A DNA stretch of 64,000 nucleotides from NCBI RefSeq assembly GCF_964204865.1, contig NC_135264.1:2046001-2110000 (forward strand), given 5' to 3'. Numbering within the stretch: the first letter of the stretch is position 1; every line of letters starts with the position of its first letter. Shown here one piece after another: positions 37,574-52,462 of this stretch. The stretch is from Styela clava (lineage: Eukaryota). Both the position numbers and the translations under genes were made by a program. Under the pieces are notes generated by a model. That model was not told the origin of the DNA. It did not search any database and saw only the letters and a program-made list of their open reading frames with translations.

Positions 37574-39148
37574 TTACTCAGAAATACTGAATACTTGTCT
37601 TCCACTGTACGCATATGTGCGTGGCACAACGTCATTTATAAGCTGAATTCAAATCTGAACCTTGTATAACGGTGGATGGAATATATATATATGTCTCATG
37701 TTACTGCTATTTTCTTTCAAATTGCCGACAGTGTTCCAATATGTCGAAATTTATCATTGAAATATACTGATCATCCGTGAGTGATATGTAACTCGTGTTT
37801 GATTTTATATAATTCAACGATAAGTTTGTTTCAAGTATTTTTCTGTTTTGTCGAAGCGACTTTTTTCGAATTATTTTGTTCCACTTTGTATTCTTAATAT
37901 ATATCATGAAAATGCAATATGGCAGCATAATTAGGTAAGGGTATGTGGTTGCAGAAAAGGTTGGCAAGATGCCGAGTTGAGTTTATACAGGATCTATATA
38001 AAAAAGGTTAAAAGACTATTTTTTTTGGGAATTCATGGTAGTCGACTCGTCATAGCACAAAGGAGGGACAGCGCTTTTTCGTGATAAGCTTGTTAAATTT
38101 GAGCAAGATCCCATCATTTGGTGTTGGCCTATGCATGAATTTCGTGTGCCGCGAAAAGATTGTGAGGTCGAGAAAAAAATTTTGCAAATTAATTTGATTA
38201 TTTCCTTCCTCGAATCTAAATGTGAAAATATTATTGATTCTCGAATATATTCCATATTGGGCCATGGGTCGAAAGAAACCATAATATTACACAAAAATAA
38301 CGCATCTCTAGGTCTCTAAGCACTTATTGTATCAAACACTCTCGAATTGTGCCCTGTAGGGCATGTCCCACTGAACCCCGGTCCATTGTTCCCCATAGGA
38401 AACAAATATTTTCAGACCATCCCACGGCGAATTTCGGAAGGCACATCCACTCGCCAACGTTATGGATATTTTAGAGTGGACTAAAGCTGAAAAATATCAG
38501 ACGGTGGTTTGTCATGTTGGAAAGGCTAAAGTCGAAAAAAGAAAAAACTGGAAATGTGAAATTTTAGTTTCAACCTCCCAAAACCAAATTCACTTCATAG
38601 CTTGTGCCGCTCTACCCGTCCGTTGTCCGTTCGCGGGGACGTTGTAACTCACCGAAGGGCGGACTGAAACTTCGAACCGCTGACAGGATTGCGGATATAG
38701 TATTAGTGTGAGAGCTGATTTTCCACTGTGTCCCATGTCCCAACGTGCCCCACCTTCCCCTACTACTAAAATATTACTTGTTTTCTTTTATTTTGATTGC
38801 TGCACTTCGTTTGGCGCAATAACTCAATCCCATGTTCATCATTCGAAAAACAGGACGTACTATTATGTGGAATCTATTGTGTATTTACCATATTATTTAT
38901 GTGATATACAAACAATCCAAAGGCAAATGAGTCTAAGGTGTTCAATGTACAACTTATTGCAAGAGTATTCAGGTGATGAAACTACGGAAAGGAGGGATTT
39001 CATTTCCAAGAGAAGTTTGCAAACAAAATATCACTAGAATCAATTTGTCATCTAGTATTGCGCCCCCACTAGGACTGCTCTGTGCTGTGACTGGGAACCA
39101 TACTGCTATGAAGTTTCCATCTTAGGTGGATCACGAAATCCCATAACG

Positions 39149-39641
39149 CAGCGGTTCCCAAAGTGCCGATTTTCTAAGTGCGCCCCGAAAATTAGCAGAA
39201 TTGTGTTAAACATAACGAATATATTATTGAATATGTTAAATATATATTGTATTCATAAATGTTTCATTGTTTCTTATTTTAAATGCTCTGTATATTGTTG
39301 TTTTTCATCGGTTACGTGGTGTCCGCCTCTATTGTTAAGCAACTGCTGCGTAACAATAGAGGTAGACAATACTTCCTGCAATTTTATTTTTGCTGCACCG
39401 TGTTTAGCAAACATTGGTGTTCATTCCAAGTATTTCAAAGAAAAATCAGGCAGGGATTAAGAAGAAGAGTTGACCTTTTGCCGTTATTCCTTAGGCCATG
39501 TTTACACACTTCAAAAGGCATAAAGTACACATTAACATCACAAAATGAATTTTTTTTTGAAGGCAGCTATCTTTTTTCGTGACAGCGCGCCGTGAGTTTT
39601 TTTTTTGGCGCTGCACGAACAAAAAGTTTTGGAACCAAACG
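39149..39641. mobile_element. hAT-type MITE between the KLF10/11 and HADHA 3' ends
   Basis: Termini cagcggttcccaaag / agttttggaacca; gcgcc subterminal motifs. Confidence 0.55.
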
Positions 39642-40317
39642 GATAGCAGTTAAAAAATTCATATTTTAACATCTCGCCCTCGATTTAAACAGGTCACATT
39701 CCTTGCTAAAGACAGGTCCACCAATAGCAATTAGCAACCCTCCTAATAGCTTCATAATCAACATTAAATTCCGAAAAAAAACTGTTAAAAATCGGTTCGA
39801 AAAAAAAAGGTTCAACGTGATAGAGTCGTTGCCCTAGAACAGTGAAGAGCTCAAATACAAAGAAGAATTTGAAGAACAGTTTTGTACAAATTGTCCACCA
39901 TACATTTCCTGGATACGTTACAGCACTGTCACTTAGATTCTGTATCTGAAACTAATCTTAAACTAGAACCAATATAACACACTCAGGTTGTCAGGTCAGG
40001 CAACATCAATAATAATCCACACGAAAACTCAAAAAAGAGACTGACGGCTATCCACTTGCTTTTCAATAGTTAATAATAACTTCGTTTTCATCAATAATAA
40101 TAATTTATTTGGTTTTAGAAACTCAATTCATGGACAAGAATTATAACTATAACAAGGAGTAATAATCCGGAAAGTAATTTGAAATAAACAACAAAAGTAG
40201 GTGGTCATGAACTTCGTGCAAAGCCATCGAAATACAGAAATGCCGGCATTCAAATTTTACTTTTCTCGGGCTAAATTATCACTCGTCGAAACCAAGGTTT
40301 TCAATTTGGTAAAAAAC

Positions 40318-43300
40318 TTAATGTTTGTGGAATTTTTTAGATGGATCTTTTGCGTGTTCCAGAAGTAGATCGCACGGCGTGAAAGCGGCTCCATATTTTT
40401 GTTCAAAACGCCTCATGTGATCAACTAAATTTTGCGCTCCGTGGATATCGATGTAACGGAACGGACCTGTGACGACAATAGTGTTTCAGAATTTAAAATT
40501 TGAGCGAATAAAGGAAAAAATGACAAACAAAAAAATGCTTACCTCCAAGGTTTGGTGGAAATCCTAGACCGAATACAGCACCAATGTCTCCTTCAAGCTG
40601 TGGATAACAGAAATTGAAACACATTTACTCAGTAAATAATAATTATGTCAAGTAACATTCAAAAGTGTTACTAACCGTCTTGAATACTAAATGAAATTTC
40701 ATTGAAGTAGCAATAATTACTGTTCAAACCCCTTATACAGACGTTAATACATTCGAAATGTGACTCTAAATCTATAACACTCTTTCAATACAAGGAGTTG
40801 CCACCCTGATATGTTCATGTATACTTGATACATATCGAACCCTGACAAAAAGAAACATCAACTATTTCAGGAACAAAATATGAATTGGAACTTACTGGAC
40901 TTTCAAGAATTCCGTCTTGTAAACAATGGACAGCTTCATTAGTGAATCTTGTTGCAAAACGCATCGTTACGTCAAGGTCAGATGAACTGTTTAATCAGAG
41001 TAAAATAAAAATGAAAATTTATCAAGCATGGCCATATATACACAGAACCTACTGTAGGACCTAAAAAAATGGCACAGAAATCAGTGAAACTTTTTTTTGC
41101 CTTGAGATCATCCAAGACTGAAGTTCACATTTCAATTGCATTAGGTATAGTTTAAATATTATTTGAAAGCTGGAAAATGAATGAATCTAAATAAGACAAG
41201 TCTATAAGGTTTGTTCAGTTGAACATTACCTGGCACATAAACAAGGGCACACAAATTCACACATTTATTCAAACACAGCTTTTCATATTTGAGGTTTGTC
41301 AAATACTTGCGTTTGTTCGACCTTTCTATACTCTAAAGTGAATTTTTACTGAAAAAATGATTGACCATGTTCGAAGTATCCTCACTACTTACACAGATGG
41401 ATCTGGAGTGACTGCATACTTTTCAATAATCTTCAATGCGTCACTATTCAAAGGACGACTCTTCGAACTTTTGCCATCATAAACGTAAAATCCTTTTCCT
41501 GTTTTTCTACCTAAAAATTAGATTAAAAAAGATATTCATATAAGATACAACACAAGAGATCGATATTGCAACACATTCACCATTTCTAAACAATATCGGT
41601 GCCGCGATAGAGTTCCAACGGACGTGGCTTGATCTAGTCGCATTTGAACTGGCAATAGAGGTAATGGGACTGGATATACCTACCAATACATTTGGGATTA
41701 GATCTGGAAACGAAAAATCAAAAGTTGGGAATGGTTTACAAAACCTACTTCAGTACTACTGTACATTCTCCTCCATCAATTTGGATGGAGCAGCAAAACA
41801 TTGTAAGCACAACTCTGCAAATTACCATATTAATTCTCGAAATGGGATGGACAGTAGGAAATTTAATGACTACAATACAGAAAAATTATCAGTTAGTGGA
41901 ATAGGACAATCATAAAAATGACAGTAAAACGGTATTGGAAAGCTAGTCCAATAGACTATCGTCGAATGTGAAATTTGAAAACTGATCTCATACAGACTGC
42001 TTGTACAACACAAGTTCACAAGCACATGAATCTCAATTAATACTTTTGCACTGATGTTAGAATGTCAGGGCATTGAATATTTCATTTTGTTTGTTGTTGT
42101 TTACTTTTAAGCTGCTTTGTGTGCAGCAGACTGTTGTATGTGCTCAAAACACTTTAATATCATCACAAATTGTACGCCACTTCTTTTTTTGCGCGACATC
42201 GGAGTATTTATGCTCGAATTACCTTCCGCTCACTTTTTTTTAAATTCTCTCCACTGTGTTGTTTAGAGTAAGTGGGCATGCGCTATTCACATTTTGCGAG
42301 CTTTCCTGATTTTTGGTATATTCGTGTATCTTGCCTTGTATTGCGTCTTTGTTTTGTTTTAACAGAAAATCGAAATAAACTTTAACTTTACAATATGAAT
42401 AAAAAAGGTCACAGCTACCAACCCTAGCTATGACCTATGGGTGGCTAAAAACAATTCAGTTTATTCCTAACAAAATCAGAACCATGAATTATAAATATAT
42501 AAAGTATATTTACCACAAAATCCAGCAGTAACCATATCTTTCATTAAATCAATGCTTCCACCTTGCAATCTTTCTCCGAGTGCAGAACCAAGGTATTCAG
42601 CGATGTGTGTGGCAACATCAATGCCCACCTAGATTACATATGCATAAACGTCTTCATTTTTTAAAATGAATAAAGATTAAAACAGCTAATAATAAGACAA
42701 ATAGGGAAGTTAGTTTTTCATCTAATAACAGCATTAACCACAATGTATGAAGCAGAAATAATATATTTGACAATGATAAAGACTAAACAAAAACAAATTG
42801 AATGATATACTACCTCATCTAAAACAGTGGCAACACCAATTGGGAATCCAAATCCTGATGTAAGCTTATCTATTTTCTTCGCATCATGACCTTCTTGGAA
42901 CAATCGAATCATTTCTGACAGACCAGGAGCTAAAATTCTTGTCGTGTAGAAACCGGGACCATCCTGAGTGAGAATAAAAATTTCTCAAAAAAACAGTAAA
43001 TAATGAAATACGGATTGCAGTTCTTCACAATATAAATATTTAAATTTGCCAATAAACATTAATTCTGTGTATCTCAACATAAAGAATATACTCAAATGTT
43101 TAAAAATGACTGTTGTGACTCGATGAAAAGAATCATTTGTACAGTAGTTTCAATCAGCTGGACTTCTCAACAGGCAAGTTTAAAGAATCATAAATGAATA
43201 CGCCCATAATACCAACATTATTAGTTTTACCTTGACTAAAACAACCAATTTTCCTTGTCTCAGACCAACATCAACGGCAGAAGCGATGGTGTCTTTTGAC

Positions 43301-46300
43301 GTCTTGTCTGTTGTGATGATTTCCAAAAGTTGCATTTTATCCACAGGTGAAAAGTAGTGCATTCCAATTACCTAAACATTTTAAAAAGTTCATTCAAAAG
43401 ACTGCGCTAACGCTAGTAAGCTACATAAAAAGAAAGTATTGGCCAAGATGCAAGATATAAATAACATTATTGCAAAAGTAAAATACAACACAATTTATTC
43501 TGGCCTTCTGAAAACTCAACACTCAAAAAACAAATCATATTACAGAAATGCCTGGAAAACAAGCAAAACTCAAGGATGAAGTTTATAACGTGTAATGCAC
43601 GTCAGGCGTTTCATGTGATAGAAAAATGACGCACGCATACAAGTTGAAAACAATGACAAAGTACTTAGTGTATATCGGAGGCAAACAGGTTGCAGACATG
43701 AGACATGTCAACGCATTCGGGCAATAATTACTTTTGGTTGAAGAAAGTGCAAAAAGAAACACAACAAAACAAATGAACGCTGGAACATGTGTAGGCTACT
43801 CGCTACTTTAAAATTTGAAGGCAGTCAAACTGCTTCATATGAGAAATTGAGAACTAATAACAATCAAGATTCCATATACCGGTATTTAAAATCTAAAATT
43901 TGTATTCACAAATTTATTGTAATACAAATAAGATTTGCAAAACGGAGAAATTTAAAACTCATGTTAAAAATTTTTCAATACATACATGGAATTTAAAAAG
44001 TGAAATTAATTAGAAATATACTGAGACTCACAAATGATGTGCGAATAAAGATAAAAGAAATATGGTGATTCTTTATATTCTGTTAGTTGAACCCCTGCAA
44101 CACACAAACATTCCTTACTTTTTCTGGTCTCTTGCTTGCTTTCGCAATATCAGTTATGGGTAATGCTGATGTGTTTGACGCAAAGATACAATGCTCTGGT
44201 ATAACCTAAAAATTAACAAACATGTTTATATTGATTCATATCCTTCTTTTATTTTAAAAAAGAAAACCATTTTCAAACAGTGGGTACTTGCCGCTTCAGT
44301 TTCTTTTATAACTTGATGCTTTACTTTCATATCTTCAAAAACAGCTTCAACAACAATATCCGCGTTTTTCAGACTATCGTATGATAAAGTAGCATCGAGT
44401 TTGGAAACAATTTGATCTCTTTGAAAGCTGTGAAACATAAATGAACATTTTGATTATGCTCATAAAAACAACGTTTTACATCAAATAGGTAATCTTGCAA
44501 TGCTATGAAAACATTTAAAAAAAAATATATATGCAGGTTACTATATTTGAAAAAGTTCGTCATACAAATAAGTAAATATATGAAAATAATTCATAAAATA
44601 ACAATGATTGGTCCAAATGATAATATATCTACAGAATACGACGAAAAGTTCTGCAGGAGGTTAAAAATTCTGATAAGCTTTGACTACACTGGCCAACAAC
44701 ATGTTCACAGGTTTATTGCCACTACAGTCCTGCTACGCTATACATTTTTATCCAATTTAAAGTAGCATCTGAACTCAGCCGATTATCACTACTGTTTTTT
44801 AACGTGCTAGTCAGCAAGATATAAAACAAGTAGTTAAAAAGCAAAAAGCTAACCAAACATTTCGCTTACGTGGTTATTTTCTTCTTTTTTGCTTGCGTAT
44901 TGAAGCCTTTGTAAATTTGTTCCTGCCCTCTTGCTAGCCCGAAAGAAAAACTGTCTTTCAAGATTGTATGGAAACCTTTGTCCAAACTAACTTGTGCAAC
45001 ACCAGCACCCATTAAACCAGCCCCAAGAACAGCCAAGTTCCTAAAAAAAAATCGAATCATCAAACCAAAGAAATTATTAGTAATGGTAAAAAAAAACTCT
45101 TCATCAGTCATCCAGTCTCGATGTTTATACCAATGTTCAATGACATTAAATCTTATATTATTAAATTGTCATCATTCCTACGAATCCTACTTCATTTAAT
45201 AATGTACGGTAAATTTGGATAGATAGTGGAATAGAAAGTACATGCATACTCGACTTTACGCTGGGGTTTTCCATATCTGTTCTTTTTGCAATAAGTTTGT
45301 CCTGCATAAAGACCAATTAAAGCTTTGGATTCGTTTGTTTGAGAAAGTTTTCCAAATGCTTCTGATTCCATTTTATATCCTGCATCCTTCCCCTTAGCTA
45401 TTCCTTCCTGAATTACCTGAAGATATTGTTTTTTAAAAATATAAAATATTATCACACCTGATTTTATCCAAAGCAGTGTGGATTATTTTACATGACAGGC
45501 ACAATTGAAAACTTTCGACTGCTTTTAAAAAAGCAAATTATGTTTTTTTTTCTAAAAGATGTCCATGCGCGGTCTGAATCCAGACTCTCTCGAGTATTCG
45601 ATTCGAACCGCACCTAATTTCTTATATTAGATCATTGGCGCAAATTAGGATATGGGACGGTTTCCTTTAATAAAATGACTTTCATACTTTTATTAATAAA
45701 GGTTGTTACTTATCGATTTCAATCGGTAAGTATGTTGATAGGTATGTGTTTGTTTGTATGTCTGTTAGATGCACGCGATATCTCACGAAAGCGAGATTGA
45801 ATCTGCTCCAGATTTTGCATGTGCATTCATCTTATTCATCTCGGACCAGAAGCCTATTGATTTTGAGCGAATTATGTCTTATAATTAGCGAGTTATTAGC
45901 TCTTTTGATCCGTATAACATATATATTCGTACTACCATCCTTGGTCATAATAGTTATTTTCGGACTATTTTACGTTTATGTTCATGTTTTGTGAAGTATT
46001 CCGCACTAACTAAATCATTTTGAGCATCCAACTATGATCCGTGCTTGATCTGTCAACATTTTGTTTTTTTGTAAATTTTTTATTTTACTACTAAGTGAAT
46101 TTTATTTGTGTAGGTATTTCAAAGCTTAGAGATACACGAAAGTATTTGTCATTACTTCAAAAATAAGTCATTTGAACGAGCGGGAAACAATTTCGCGCAC
46201 ATAATAAACAAACAAAGATTCCAGACAACTATCGTGGACATGCTCTCACATATCATTGATTATTTCGCGTTTCGCTTCGCTTGCGAAGCTGAGTCTGGTT

Positions 46301-49300
46301 TTTCTTCAAAGGTGACGTAACTCTCTTTCCGAAGAGCGCTTGGAATTTCGTTTCTTTGTAACACGTGTTCATCGAAGCGATAAGAGTGTGAAACGTTCTC
46401 TCAAAAATTTTTGAAATTTCTCTCTTCTTACACGCGTAGGGTCGAACGGTTTCGCCTACGTCACTTGGGCGCGTTTTAGTAGGAAGACGCGAAAATAAGC
46501 TTTTTAAAGAGATATTGGGGGTGTTCCTTGTACGTTTGGTTAACTGGTCATTACATATTATAAAATGGTACATAAAGTCGATTGTATACAGCGGAAAAAA
46601 AGGGTTAATTAATTAGTGATGGGACACAAGGTGTCACTATGGAGTAAGAGCGCTGTTTTGGGGGGTCCCCTAACTTTCGATCGATAAGTCTTCAGTCTCT
46701 GACCGATATTCTCGTTTTAGAATTTGCTCATATTTGCACCTGACTATTAAATGAACTGTAGCGCGGAGGAAGTGCGCGTTTAAGGATGTCAAAAACTAGT
46801 AGTCAAAATTTGAAAGAACGCCACTTCTGTTCTGATTCTAAAACAAATCGAAAATACAAACTCACATCAGCAATTAGCAGTGGCGCAGGGTAGAGTCCTT
46901 TTGTTTGTGCTCTGACCTTCTTTTTCACAAGGTTTTCGAAGAAGTAATTGCGTATGAATTCTTTTTGTAGAAGAGAATTTATCATTCCTGAAAAATTGAT
47001 GATTATTAATCTGGCTTTTAGTCAAATTAAAGCTTTCATTCATTGAATATGTATTTAAAAGCCTAAGTAACCTTCTTTCTGTTAAATTTGGCCTATTGTG
47101 CATTGAATAACCATTTTTGTATATCGCTAGGAAAATGTAGTACTCAAGCTTTATACTGATCTTGTCGGCGCACTAGAAGTATGTGTACCAATATGGGGGT
47201 AACTAATTTTGCCTATTTTACATCAAGTTTGTGTAAAGGAACTGAAACCTATGGGCAGGGGGATATTCACTTGGCTAACACAGACATTTTCCGAGCTCGC
47301 AATAGAGGTAAAATGGGAAAAATCGGAATAAAATTATGGCCTAACCCTAACATGGTACACATACTACGGGAGTACCGATTTTCCTATATAATTTAGATAT
47401 TTGTGTAATTTTATGCAATACAATCCTTAGTCATCTTTGTCCCATGATGTATGACAATAAATGGTCGCTTTGATCATAAAATGATGAGGGAACTTATCTA
47501 AATATAAAAAACCAATACTAAGTTATTATATATACATATATCTCAGAAATAATTTTCATCTCATATCAGTTGCATATCTAACAGTTAAGTCAAACTTTGT
47601 CCATCAACTATGAAAAAATTTATCTTCAAACCAAGTCAATATCAAACTAAGCTCACTGTCTTGAAATGATAATTTCCTTGCTGGAATTGACACGGATCCA
47701 TCAGCAAGACCTCTTGCTACATCCACAGCTACTTTCTCTAAATATTGCATAGTCAGTGTTTCTGGATCTTGTAAACCAGGACCTATGATAACAAGAAAAA
47801 GATAGTAATAAGCTGAGGGATTTTAAGTGAAATTGCTCTGCTGTTCGAATGGTCCTCTGTTAATTTAAAGCAGGACAAAAATTGTTTCTTTTTGTTACTG
47901 ATCTTACAGCATTATCAGGAGTGCAGAAATTGTGAGCTAAAATAAAAAGCATAAATTTTTGAAGAAAACTGCTATTCAAATTTATTGTCACACCGACTTT
48001 AAACAAATTCAGTGAGAAACATTTTTATAACATCGTGTATTTTGCAACAGATTTTTGCTAGATAGTTTTGCGAATACGACAACGGCAATCAGGTACTGGT
48101 ATAGGCTTTGAGACAAAAAAAGGATTGGAAATGCCTGCACATAACTAAACTAAAAACTTGTTCTGTGGGCACACCATTCAAAATTGGCACTTCTTCGCAG
48201 GCCGCAGTTTGCACACCCCTGATTTGAAGCATTATTATTTAAGAAAAAAACCCAACCAATATATGCATTTATAATGAAATATGATAAAAATAAAGAGTTC
48301 TAAAACATTTGAACATTTTGCAGATTATATCTTTTATTTTCCAAATTCGGAAATTCACAATCCCCAACAATCTCTAAAATATTACAAAAACAATCTATAG
48401 TGCAGTACCGAAATACATAAAAAGCTTCTTACCTAAAGGATCAACCAAGTGATCAACAAGATTCAGTCTTTTTGCCTTTTTCGCTGGAATATTTTTTCCA
48501 GTCAATGCCATGTCTAGAGCTGTTTGAGCACCAACAAGAGCTGGGAGCCTCTGTGTTCCACCAGCACCTATGATAAGATTTATGATAAATTACCAAACAG
48601 AATGGCAAAGTACACGATATAACAATCATAGAGCAAAATCATGCAAACTACGTAAAACATTATTTTACCTGGTAAAAGTCCAAGCATAACCTCAGGTAAT
48701 CCAAGATTTGTTCTTTTATCTGTTGTTGCAATACGATAGTGGCAAGCGAGAGTCAACTGGAAATGACATTAAGATAAAAGGGAATAATTGATTAATTAAT
48801 TTTAATATCAAATTTAATTTGCGTATAGTATCAAGAACTCCACTAGGAAAGCAACTTAAAAAGGTGACCTCATCAATTTTTTCGCATTGCATTTGTTATG
48901 GAATTCCATCTGGCTGTTTCCATAACAGTGTTTGTTTCAATAGTTCTCACAAAATTTTATATTCAGGATAAAACTATATATTATCGTTCAGTGGCTACTT
49001 ACAAATTTTCTATCAATACTCTTCCTATTATACATTCTCGAGTAAATCTTATGCTGCTAACACGGATATGCCCCAGAACAAGGGATGACCAAAACGGAAT
49101 ATTTTGCAGTTCGAATACATTCTGAGGAAATATTTTTTAATATGAAATATTGGATATATTCTAAATAGGGGGCACATTAGTTGAGATATTTTACATTTTG
49201 ATCTGCTTGTCTGACGGCTCAAAATCCCCAACTTTTAAATAAAATGCTTCAAATTATTCCTAAATTTATGCTCAAAAAATTAGACTCAGACTTCATTGTT

Positions 49301-52300
49301 GAGCCTTGCTGCTGCTCAGAAATAAAAGCAGTTTGCATACCAAAACAGGAAAGCAATGCCCAAATGAAAAATAATTGCTCATCTGGCTTCCATGTTAACG
49401 ATTTAAAAAGTCCAAACTGAGTTACCCATTGGTTGAGGAAAACTGATTTTTCACAACAATGGTAGTAATTTTTCAAACTGATCCATATGTTCACTTCAGC
49501 AACAAGTCGTTTAAATAGTTACCTCGAGACCTCCACCCAATGCCATTCCATGGATAGCAGCAACAAACGGTTTTCTACTTTTTTCAATTTCGGAAAACAT
49601 TTGTTGACCACCAGCTGCAAGATCTCTTGCAGCTTCTTCGTTTCCCGCTCGTTGAATCATACTAAGTTTTTATTAAAATAATTTTACAAAAAGTCAAAAT
49701 ACAAAAGGCTTATTAAAATTTTGAGTAAATAAACTGCATACTCTATATCTGCACCAGCGACGAATGAACCTGGTTTTCCAGATATTAAAACAGCACTTGT
49801 TATTTCCTCAGTCATTTGCACTCGATCAAAGCATTGCCTAAACTCTTCAAAAACTCCCTCACTCAAAGTGTTGAGCTGTGAAGAATAAACATATACATAT
49901 TAAAATAATTGTTTAACTCATTGACAATATTGACCTAACAAGTTACATCGCAAAACCACAATAACAACATGTTGAAATAAATAGAATGAGTATTAGGGCC
50001 GGGGAGCCGGAGCCTAGTACCATAACTTTTGTCCCAGCTTGAACCAAGCTCAACATATTAAATTAAGCTGAGCAGGATGAGGCTCATAGAAATTATAGTA
50101 GTTGCAGCTCCGTATCATTATATTATTTTACCATATTCAAACTTTTCTAGTTGGGTTACGAAAGACTAATTCTCTATTCTTCCTCTATGCCTTTATGCAA
50201 ATGGATCCGAATGCGTATTATGCAATGATGTTGAAGCAGGAATACTACGACTACACTGTGCAATTCAAGAGTCTTGCTGCACACTAATACAAATGTATTT
50301 CTGTAACGTTTCAAGCTCATCTGAGAAAGTCAGTCTTTGGTCAGACGAAACCTTACAGAAATACACACATTCAAAAGTGTTAAATGCATTTGAACAGATA
50401 TTATTTCATGGTGGTGGTTATACCAAAAAATCTCAATGGAAAGGTCAAAACGAACCTCCTGAGATGAAGGCATTGTGATTTCACACCATGTCCCCAGCAT
50501 GATCCAAAATGAAAGAGGTAATATTCAGATGCTTTAATAAATACATGATGATGAATAAAACAAGTATATATATATATTCGACGCAATTTAAAATCTAAAT
50601 CTCTCAATTCATATTTTGGGATTTAGATTAGGGAGGTGTTCACTTCACCCCTGACCCCAATAGTTAGTTACCGTAACTGCACATGATATTTGGTAGTTCC
50701 ATAGTAAGGAAATTTTCATTCTCCAATACAGGGTATATCGGGTTTTTAGTATTGTATTCATAGTATTTTATCACACAAACCTTGGCATCTTGTGAATCAA
50801 GCCGTAATATAGCAACGTCATTTTGAACTTCAAAAGTGATGTGTTTACCTGCAAAAACAGCATTTACAAGCATACATAATATGACATATAATATAATCAC
50901 TGCCAAAATGTTTGAATTGAAAAAAAAATTTAGCAATCTGCATGTCAAAAGTAAGGGTCTCCAGATGTACGCTTGCTAAAGTATAGCTACAATTGTCCAA
51001 AATGGCATTTGAACCGACTATAATGAACTCACTAATGTCAGCAATCTCTCTCTTAACGATATCGTTATGTCGAGAAAAACGAGAGAAATAGCTTGCTCAA
51101 TTCTGAATGACTGTCTGCGTGACCATTCGTATACTTTGAGGGCCGTATTACGGCACTGCGACTTCGCAGTGATGAGATTTTTGAATGGCGTAGTCAGGTA
51201 GGGGTTTGGAATGTGATATGCAAAATTTGTTGAGCCAGGCCAACTAGAAGTACTTCAGGAGACCCGAAAATAATACCTTTCAAATGCAAGAACACCACAC
51301 TGGCATACTTAAGTTTCCAATGCAATTTCCATGTTTGGCCTACATATTTCAAGACAATCAAGAATATAACATTTGAGTGAATAGTTGTAAGAATAATACA
51401 GTACAGCACAGTTTTCCGATTCCAAGAATAACCCCCACATTGAAGAAATCAATTATAATAGCCAGTACAAATCCCTTCTTTACGAGACAGTGTGGGTCTC
51501 CATATCAGTATCGACAAACCAACCTTGTGCAATAAACTAAAATCAAAGGAAGCGCAATCGGGATTGCTCGAAAAATATAATCCAATTTACCGAAGGAAAT
51601 TTTTTTTACCATAATGCCCAAATTTTTCTCACATGGAGGCCGCGATTAATTTAGATTATTACAGAGAAAAGCATGGCGTAATCTGACCCATCTGCAGTTG
51701 TGCCAGACGCCCTCGTTTCAGGAACAAATAGACTTTTTGTTTTATTGAACAAAATATCGTAAAATCTTGGGTTTGTTTGGGGAACCGTGCCCTACTGAAT
51801 AAACTTCTTGTCTGGGGTTAAATCAACCAGATTCGATAAGTTATCTCACCATTCATTTGGGATGAGGTTGACAGATATCTATTTGCTGAACCTGGAAATA
51901 TAAAGTAGAAATTATACATGTGCTCCAAATCATGGCATATATCACATAGAGACATACACTAAAAATATACCTGTATACAGGCAGACAGGTGTGGTGATAT
52001 ACCGGTATATGTTAATATAGAAATATTATTTAATTGGTCTGATAGAGGAAACAGTTAGCATAACCACATTAGTCCACTTATTTCAGTACTTACAGACTTA
52101 TTACCGTGTTAAGCAAAATCTTCAAAAAAATTTATCAATTCAGTACCATAGTTTTTGGACTACCATGATGCAGATGCATGTTATTTTAATTTGTAAATTA
52201 ATGAATGTTGAATAAAAGAAAATTCAGCAATCCAGTAATAGTGAGATCCACAGATTGTATCAGAATATAAAGTGCTTTGAGTAATCTGCATTTGTCAATA

Positions 52301-52462
52301 TGAAATACTGAATATCAGAATACGGGAGATTAGAATAAGTCAGAATGCAGGAATGTGCGAAACAACAAATGAATACAGAATCTTACCAGTTACAAATCTA
52401 TCCACTGTTCTTCGTAAAACGGTATTTCGACTTAAGGATAGACATCTTATAATTGAAGACAT
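40318..52462 (-). CDS. HADHA: Mitochondrial trifunctional enzyme subunit alpha, 20 exons, about 769 aa
   Basis: complement(join(52462..52387,51891..51850,50848..50781,49875..49742,49661..49523,48756..48669,48567..48433,47782..47657,46987..46866,45416..45250,45040..44870,44427..44292,44205..44119,43371..43231,42963..42814,42628..42514,41510..41393,40986..40896,40597..40543,40466..40318)), 2310 nt and phase-consistent. Motifs [82 protein letters not shown]. Confidence 0.96.
45706..46716 (+). mobile_element. Non-autonomous Helentron-associated (HINE/DINE-1-like) element in HADHA intron 9
   Basis: Subterminal IR ACTTATCGAT (45708) / ATCGATAAGT (46680); 5' hairpin acttatcgatttcaatcggtaagt; GTTT/GTAT microsatellite; short 3' segment; T-rich flanks. 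Confidence 0.7.
47167..47376 (+). mobile_element. MITE family A copy
   Basis: Colinear with 1927-2155, including the TIRs and ctaaccctaac. Confidence 0.85.

Noticed and set aside
35974-37646. Antisense and alternative-frame ORFs overlapping KLF10/11
   Set aside because: Expected shadows of a GC-richer coding exon; no domain signal.
41660-41920. Coding-looking stretches in HADHA introns (also about 51190-51720)
   Set aside because: Stops interrupt the frames and there is no convincing motif. They may be old retroelement debris, but I cannot support a call without a search.
34294-52462. KLF10/11-HADHA adjacency as conserved synteny or functional linkage
   Set aside because: Human KLF11 and HADHA share a chromosome arm but are far apart, and nothing in this sequence shows co-regulation.
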